Assembly: GCA_951406725.2 (NCBI GenBank)
Contig: OX597815.1
Span: 184,946,001 to 185,010,000 of the forward strand
Reading direction: 5' to 3'
Source of the DNA: Octopus vulgaris
Taxonomy: Eukaryota
DNA: 64,000 nt
Within the stretch, counting starts at the first letter, position 1. Every line of letters begins with the position of its first letter. Positions 56,880 through 64,000 of the stretch are shown here, piece after piece. The translations under genes were made by a program, and so were the position numbers. The notes under the pieces were generated by a model. It searched no databases. It saw nothing but the letters and a program-made list of their open reading frames with translations, and was not told where the DNA came from.

Positions 56880-57290
56880 GCAATTATGTTCATACATTTT
56901 AAAAGTGGCTTAGACTTGACTCAGATAGCTATATGAAGCAGCAGGATAGTGTGGTTAGATCTGGTATGTAATGGGTTGCCACTGGAAGCCATATGTGTGT
57001 GCCAGCAGAATTCGGCTCCTTGAAATACATCTGGAACGTGTCGGAGAATTTATGCGACATCACGAGTGTCAATTTCTAGTCTCATGATACCCCCAATTTT
57101 AATTCCATGGGGAGTGCAGTTGACAAAGAAACCAACCGCTCAGCCCGCAATACCAAAGCTGAGCTGATGACGACGATTAACGATGTTTTTGAAGATATTC
57201 CCAGGTCCCAGAGCAGTCTTTAGGCGGTGATGGAACCTGAGGGTAATCTGTTATCACTTGGCTATAGTCTACATGATTTAGTTTGATTTT
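56880..57290 (+). pseudogene. Tc1/mariner-superfamily transposase C-terminal remnant
   Basis: KPYVCQQNSAP (QQD.AP-like), PNFNSM (PDLNPM-like), AVDKETNRSARNTKAELMTTINDVF. Confidence 0.6.
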
Positions 57291-57316
57291 TTAAAAATAT
57301 GTTTATTTCTGAATGT

Positions 57317-57615
57317 GGAGGCGCAATGGCCCAGTGGTTAGGGCAGCGGACACGCGGTCGGAGGATCGCGGTTTCGATTCCCAGACCGGGCATTGTGTGT
57401 GTTTATTGAGTGAAAACACCTATAAGCACCACGAGGCTCCGGCAGGGTGGTGGTGGCGACTCCTGTTGTACTCTTTCGCCACAACTTTCTCTTCCTGTTT
57501 CTTGAGTAACGCTTCAATGGACTGGCGTCCCGTCCAGCTGGGAGGGGGATACACGCCACAGAAACCGGGAAAACTGGCCCATGATCCTGTCTAGGCTTGA
57601 AAAGGGCGACGTTTA
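57317..57615 (+). mobile_element. tRNA-derived SINE family C
   Basis: GGAGGCGCAATGGCCCAGTGGTTAGGGCAGCGGAC...GGTTTCGATTCCC. Confidence 0.85.
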
Positions 57616-58508
57616 TCGTTTTTTTAAATTTTTAAATGCGATAGTGTGTTTTCTTCTTTTTATGCGAACTGTCAAATTTAGCCCGAACACTATAATTATG
57701 GGAAGTTAAATTTGGATAAAGTTCACTCCAGGCCTGCAACGATAAATGATAGCGAGTAATTCACGCAAGCATTAATAATTTTATATGTCCCTACTCAACA
57801 ATGGAAGCATTATTCCACACTGATGCCTTTTCTAATCTTCGAATTTGTTTATATCTCAATTTGATAAGAATTAGTTCTACAAAATTAATCAATTTTGATA
57901 TTTGTAAGCCATCCACATTTATTCACCTTCGGTCTTTGATAGATGTCATAAATTCATAAATTTTATTAGCAGTTTCATTTCACTCGCTTTTCCTAAATAG
58001 TATTGATGTTCTTTTTCGGGAGTGGTTCATCTCGTCTTATTCCATTCTTCAATTCTTCTCCGATATTATATTGTTTAAAATGCCACTTCGCTTGCAATCA
58101 TAATTCGTAATAAGTGGTTTGCATTATCATTTCTAATATCCTTATACATTGTCCTGACCCAAGGGTGGGTGTATATTTACACTGTTTCATGAATGTTCAT
58201 TTTCTGTATATCCTTTCCGTACTTGTTTCCAAGACACTTATTTCATTCTCCGACATTTGATTCGATAAAGAAAAAGTGAATTTATTTTTCTATTCATTCT
58301 CATAGGCAATTCCAGACAAGAGTTTGTAAAGAAACTTGGTTAAAAGAGTTTGACAACATCGTGATGAAAATGATATACATACATACATCTATATATGTGT
58401 GTGTGTATGTTTATGTGTGATTGTGTGTATATATATATATACATATACCCATATATTTAAGCTCATATATATGTATATATATACATATGTATATATATAT
58501 ATACATAC

Positions 58509-58581
<73 letters not shown>

Positions 58582-58649
58582 AATATATATATATATACAT
58601 ACTTACATACAAAAATTATAGAAACATACATACGTACATACATGCATAC

Positions 58650-58875
58650 ATACGCTGAACTATTGAGAAATCTGCAGTTACTCTATCTACATTACAAGTT
58701 CACGTTTATACCTGTAATTATTAGGGCCCTGGGATATGTAACACACTTCCTAAATACCGATATTGAGAAATTAGGCTTTTCAAAGCCAGAAAAGAAGAAA
58801 ACTAATTCGAAGACTACAGATTCAATCCAACACTGGAACAGTAAAAATCTGTGACGCTTTCCAGAAGTTTGTCAT
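58650..58875 (+). pseudogene. RLE-type non-LTR element C-terminal fragment
   Basis: [28 protein letters not shown] (P.IIGALG-like motif). Confidence 0.55.
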
Positions 58876-59084
58876 TTACATATATATGAGCATGTCTAGA
58901 TATATCCTATATGCATGAGGATACATACATAAAACATACGAATCTACATATACATACATACAAAAAATATCCTGTTTTTGATGCTGAAATTCCAATGAAG
59001 AAACCTTGGATCTAGGTTAGAAACCGGGTTTTTGTCTATTGGCAAGAAATATTGAAATAAACTGAATAATGACATAGATACATA

Positions 59085-59935
59085 CACACAATTACCATAT
59101 GATTTTCCCTCGAGTGACTCCCTAGTTTCATCCAACAACATCATAGACCTTGGAGTAATTGTTTATAATACTTTAAGCTGGAGTTCCCACGTAAACAACA
59201 AGGTTGACTTGGCCCGCAAGATTTGCTCCTTTATTTTGAGAACTTTCCGATCTAGAGATGCCTACACCGTCCTCCTTCTCTACTCTACTTTTGCCCGACC
59301 CTACTTTGCCCGACCCCACCTTACCCGAACCCACCTTGCCTGACCCCACCTTGCCCGACCCCACCTTGCCCGACTCCACCTTGCCTGACCCCATACGAAG
59401 CAACTCATTATGAACGTGGAAACACTCCAGTGGTCAACAACAAGAAAGATAGACAGCATGAGATGTATTGACTATTGGGGTCGACTAAAAGAACTCAGTC
59501 TCTACTCTCTCCAACGCTGACGGGAGCGCTACATCATTTGTGTGATGTGGAAAATATTCCATCAATATTGCACAAATGATGTTGGCATCAATTTTAAAAT
59601 CCATCCAAGATTTTTTCCCCGTGTTATCCGCCCATTACAAAAATCGAACTCGGTACACAGAGCAACATTACGTCACAACTACTTTGCCTCAACCGTTCCA
59701 GTTCTCTTTAATACCATACCAAAATACATCAAAACAGAAACGGATCCCATAAAATTCAAATGTTCACTGGACAAATTTCTTCAAAAAATCCGGGATTAAC
59801 CTTATATACCCGGATATGTCTCCAACAATAATAACTCTTTGATAGAGTGGACCATGGTGCCCCATATATATAAAGACTTCACCACGTGGTACTATTAAGT
59901 TAGACATGGCATGGGCCTATACTGGCCGAAGCCTA
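59085..59935 (+). pseudogene. CR1-like LINE 3' fragment containing a 15-bp minisatellite (59290-59392)
   Basis: IIDLGVIV...LSWSSHV...ILRTFRSR; YWGRLKELSLYSLQR.RER; FKCSLDKFL; (CCCACCTTGCCCGAC) x ~7. Confidence 0.8.
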
Positions 59936-60213
59936 TGCTTGTATTTGTTCCACATTTGACGATGAAAATAACAAAAAGTCGAACAATTGTGAAAATAGGG
60001 AGATTATCGAGCTGAAGTGAAGCGATATTCTTATGCCGTTAAACAATATACCTTGGATAAATTATTTTGACATCGTGGGTTTCGATCCCGCTTGGCGGAG
60101 TCTGTCTTCATACTTTTGGAGTTAATAACAAAAAATATCACCCAAACTGTCGACTCACGCCTGCTGACAGAATTTCTAGTCATGAGTCTAAATTTAAATC
60201 TATTAATATTCTT

Positions 60214-60500
60214 CAGTAGTCTTATATTTATCACGCGCTTTCACTGCACTACCGAACGCAGCTCTGTGTGCCTTGAGTATGTGCTGAGGTCTGTTGTGGT
60301 ATTGTTATTTTTACTGAATTGAAAGTACTTTACTTCGGATGTGTGTGGTGCCTAGTAGTGTTATTTTCTGTATGTTGTATATATTCATCAGTCCTGGTGT
60401 TTTGGTTATATATTTGCCGGAGTGATTTTAATCAAACCTACTGCAATTATTATTAAAGAGATTGTTTCCATATTCGGGTTACCACCATTTCCAGATCTGG
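60214..60500 (-). mobile_element. R4/Dong 3' end, diverged
   Basis: Same terminus as the 10059 and 11494 copies. Confidence 0.7.
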
Positions 60501-60748
60501 ATGTTAGTTGTAATTTAAAAGAGATGTAACTACTCTATCTGTCAGGCAGAGCGACTTTCCACAGGTATAGAAAACATATATATATATATATATATATTCA
60601 CACACACTGATATTCACACACACACACACACACACATAAATATATATATATATATATAGCATAACAAATGCGCAACCGGTAAAAAGAACTTTCACCTAAT
60701 TAAATTACTTAAATTACTTCAATTATTTGTCAGCATTTTCTTCATTTC

Positions 60749-60783
<35 letters not shown>

Positions 60784-61240
60784 AAAAAGATATAGACAGT
60801 AACTGCTCGATAACAAGGGACTAAAGCCATCTGAATACGGCTAGGGACAGGTGCAAGTGGTGGTGTTACTGTTGCATTTGTTCTCAGGCGAACATCGACG
60901 TCACCAGAAAGGCCCGACACCGTCACGGTGTCCTTATCCTGCAAAAGGGGACTCCCCGATGAAGCGGAAACCACACACGGACCATGGTCAAGGTGTATTG
61001 CTCTATCGTCGGCGTGTGGTATTTCCGCTTCCTCGACGAATCCACACTCTGCAGGATATTCATATATAGATTTTCAAGCAAAATACATTTGCTGATTTCG
61101 AAAATCTGTTCGAAAAGCAATAATAATTCTCTACTCTTTTAGAGAATTATTATTGCTTTCGAACAGATTTTCGAAATCAGCAAATGTATTTTGCTTGAAA
61201 ATCTATATATGAATATCCTGCAGAGTGTGGATTCGTCGAG

Positions 61241-61314
61241 GAAGCGGAAGCCTACCACACACCGACGATAGGCAATACACCTTGAAACCATGGTCCGTGT
61301 GTGGTTTCCGCTTC
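61241..61314 (+). ncRNA. Extended type I hammerhead ribozyme, copy A (A-C mismatch at the first stem I pair)
   Basis: CCGACGA 61262-61268; stem II AGG-CAATACA-CCT; GAAA 61284-61287; ACCATGGT palindromic stem III; GTC 61293-61295. Confidence 0.7.
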
Positions 61315-61603
61315 ATCGGGGAATTACTCCCTCCCTTTGCAGGATAAGGACACCGTGACGGTGTCGAGCCTTTCTGGTGACGTCGATGTTCGCCTGGGGC
61401 TAAATGCAACAGTAACACCCCCACCACCCTGCCCTGTCCCTAGCCATATTCAGATGGCTTTAGTCCCTTATGTTATCGAGCAGTTACTGTCTATATCTCT
61501 TTTAGAGAATTATTATTGCTTTCGAACAGATTTTCGAAATCAGCAAATGTATTTTGCTTGAAAATCTATATATGAATATCCTGCAGAGTGTGGATTCGTC
61601 GAG

Positions 61604-61677
61604 GAAGCGGAAGCCTACCACACGCCGACGATAGGCAATACACCTTGAAACCATGGTCCGTGTGTGGTTTCCGCTTC
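61604..61677 (+). ncRNA. Extended type I hammerhead ribozyme, copy B
   Basis: GAAGCGGAAGCC-TAC-CACACG CCGACGA TAGG-CAATACA-CCTT GAAA CCATGG TC^ CGTGTG-T-GGTTTCCGCTTC; predicted cut after 61658. Confidence 0.75.
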
Positions 61678-61852
61678 ATCGGGGAATTACCTCCCTTTGC
61701 AGGATAAGGACACCGTGACGGTGTCGAGCCTTTCTGGTGACGTCGATGTTCGCCTGGGGCTAAATGCAACAGTAACACCCCCACCACCCTGCCCTGTCCC
61801 TAGCCATATTCAGATGGCTTTAGTCCCTTATGTTATATATATATATATATAT

Positions 61853-62214
61853 GTGGCGGCCAAAAGTTCAGAACGGCATTGTTTTTGTCAGGAAAGTAGG
61901 GATAATTTTTTATCAAAGTTGTTTTATACGCTATAATTTTCACAGACAATAAATACAATAATATTTGTTATTGCCTGAGATTTTGATGTAAGTTGAGAGG
62001 ATAATACAAAAGTTATGGATGATTTAGTGATTTACTGCAAAATCATCCATAACTTTTGTATTATCCTCTCAAATTGCACCAAAATCTTAAACAATAACAA
62101 TTAATATTGTATTTATTTTCTGTGAAAATTATAGAATATAAAACTACTTTGATAAAAACTTATACTACTTTTCTGACGAAAACAATACCGTTCTGAACAT
62201 TTTGACCGCAACTG
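61853..62214. mobile_element. Fold-back MITE with Tc1-type termini
   Basis: ~172-bp arms almost fully self-complementary; right end TTTTGACCGCAACTG|TA. Confidence 0.85.
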
Positions 62215-62560
62215 TACATACTGTACATACGTCGTTGAATCTTTGAATTTCTGAATTCAGTTGTCTTGTTGAAATAAAAGGTATGTTTACATATTTGGGT
62301 AGTCAGGGAGAATAGAAGGATAAAAATTTCACACAAAATTTAATATATTAAAGTTGTTAAGTTTTCTTGAGATGTTCGTTTGTCTGACGAGTTGGAGAAT
62401 ACAGTAGCATTTTTGCAATGAAAAGGTTGTTTACATTTTCGAATACTCAGGGAGGGAGAAAAGAAAAGGAGGGTAACATTTTCACAGAAAGCCGTAGGTA
62501 GTAAAGTTTTAAGATTTACTAAATATGGTCTTTTGCGTGTCCACACAGAGAAAATTTTTC

Positions 62561-62565
62561 TGCTG

Positions 62566-62617
<52 letters not shown>

Positions 62618-62787
62618 AACTACTACAACTACGACTACTACTGCTACTACTACTGCTGCTGCTGCTACTACTACTACTACTACTACGACTACTACTGCTA
62701 CTACTGCTGCTGCTACTACTACTAGTACTACTACTACTACTACTACTACAACTACGGCTACGACTACTATTGCTACTAATGCTGCTG

Positions 62788-62824
<37 letters not shown>

Positions 62825-62855
62825 GACTACTACAGCTGCTACTGCTGCTACTGCA

Positions 62856-62890
<35 letters not shown>

Positions 62891-63014
62891 AACTACGGCT
62901 ACGACTACTACTGCTACTACTGCTGCTGCAACTACTACTACTACTACTACTAATACTACTACTACTACTACTACAACTACGGCTACGACTACTACTGCTA
63001 CTACTGCTGCTGCA

Positions 63015-63064
<50 letters not shown>

Positions 63065-63262
63065 AACTACGGCTACGACTACTACTGCTACTACTGCTGC
63101 TGCAACTACTACTACTACTACTACTACGACTACTACAGCTGCTACTGCTGCTGCTGCTGCTACTACTACTACTACTACTACTACTACGACTACTACTGCA
63201 GCTACTGCTGCTGCTGCTGCTAATACTACTACTATTACCACTACTACTGCTGCTGCAGCTGC
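62561..63262. repeat. (CTA)n/(CTG)n trinucleotide array with higher-order units
   Basis: CTACAACTACGGCTACGACTA recurs about four times. Confidence 0.9.
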
Positions 63263-63319
63263 TTAGTAAATTTGTGGTACGTGTTCATTTGTCATTGAAC
63301 AGAAATATATGATCGGTTA

Positions 63320-63551
63320 AGGTGGCGAGCTGGCAGAAACGCTAGCGCGCCGGACGAAATGCCTAGCGGTATTTTGTCTGCCGCTACGTTCTAAGTTCAA
63401 ATTCCACCGAGGTCGACTTTGCCTTTCATCCTTTCAGGGTCGATAAATTAAGTACAAGTTACGCACTGGGGTCGATATAATCGATGTAATCCGTTTGTCT
63501 GTCCTTGTTTGTCCTCTCTGTGTTTAGCCCCTTGTGGGTAGTAAAAAGATA
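63320..63551 (+). mobile_element. SINE family B with 15-bp TSD
   Basis: AGAAATATATGATCG at 63301-63315 and 63551-63565. Confidence 0.9.
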
Positions 63552-63684
63552 GAAATATATGATCGAAGCTGCTTTTCATCTATGGCCGTTGTGTGAATGT
63601 GTTTTATTTTCCAAGCCGTAGGTATGTGATTTTATGGAGGGTATTTGGTGGGTTGCTATTTCTTGCAGGCTGATCAAGTATATA

Positions 63685-63912
63685 TTTCTTTACTGCCCAC
63701 AAAGGGGTAAACACAGAGGTGACAAACAAAGACAGACAAAGGGATTAACTCGACTACATCGAGCCCAGTGCGTAACTGGTACTTATTTAATCGACCCCGA
63801 AAGGATGAAAGGCAAAGTTAACCTCGGCGGAATTTGAACTCAGAACGTAACGACAGACGAAATACCGCTAAGCATTTCGCACGGCGTGCTAACGTTTCTT
63901 CCAGCTCGCCGC
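63685..63912 (-). mobile_element. SINE family B with 18-20-bp TSD
   Basis: GCAGGCTGATCAAGTATATA at 63665-63684 and 63911-63930. Confidence 0.9.
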
Positions 63913-64000
63913 AGGCTGATCAAGTATATAGAGTTACCCAGTTAGTTATGAGATGTTGTAAAGGACATCGTGTTCATGGCATTTGCTGTGGGGGCGGAAA

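Larger units (their letters stand above)
60784..61836. mobile_element. Retrozyme-like array: one inverted plus two tandem ~360-bp units between (TA)n tracts
   Basis: 60784-61133 is the reverse complement of 61134-61500; 61497-61836 is a nearly identical direct repeat of the latter. Confidence 0.85.

Noticed and set aside
57317-57392. Bona fide tRNA gene (also 34935 and the SINE A/B heads)
   Set aside because: Acceptor and T stems do not close properly, and the sequence continues into a shared repeat body, so these are SINE heads.
61405-61492. Twister-ribozyme resemblance (TAACAC...GTCCCTAGC) in the 363-nt unit
   Set aside because: I could not form the required pseudoknots or find the conserved 3' segment; only a simple closing stem is evident.

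Overview
AT-rich, repeat-saturated animal genomic DNA, probably from an octopus (inferred from three tRNA-headed SINE families and the microsatellite load; not verified by search). I find no convincing host protein-coding exon. Most listed ORFs are microsatellite read-throughs and the rest are transposon remnants. The window holds two L1/Tx1-clade LINEs (a nearly intact 5'-truncated ORF2 inside a (TATC)n tract, and an internally deleted copy inserted into a SINE head), R4/Dong fragments at (TAA)n, RTE, CR1-like and Penelope-like fragments, mariner/Tc1 remnants, MITEs, a non-autonomous Helitron and about 20 SINE copies. The most interesting signal is a layer of hammerhead-ribozyme (HHR) motifs not shown by the ORF track. 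(1) A 363-nt tandem-plus-inverted repeat at 60.8-61.8 kb carries an extended type I HHR with a CCGACGA core, a candidate retrozyme/circRNA system. (2) A fold-back element at 19.4-20.0 kb joins a tRNA-like head, a (TAA)n spacer and an HHR tail. (3) Several other HHR motifs sit in Penelope-like ends. All ribozyme calls are from manual motif and pairing inspection, not covariance-model searches or assays.
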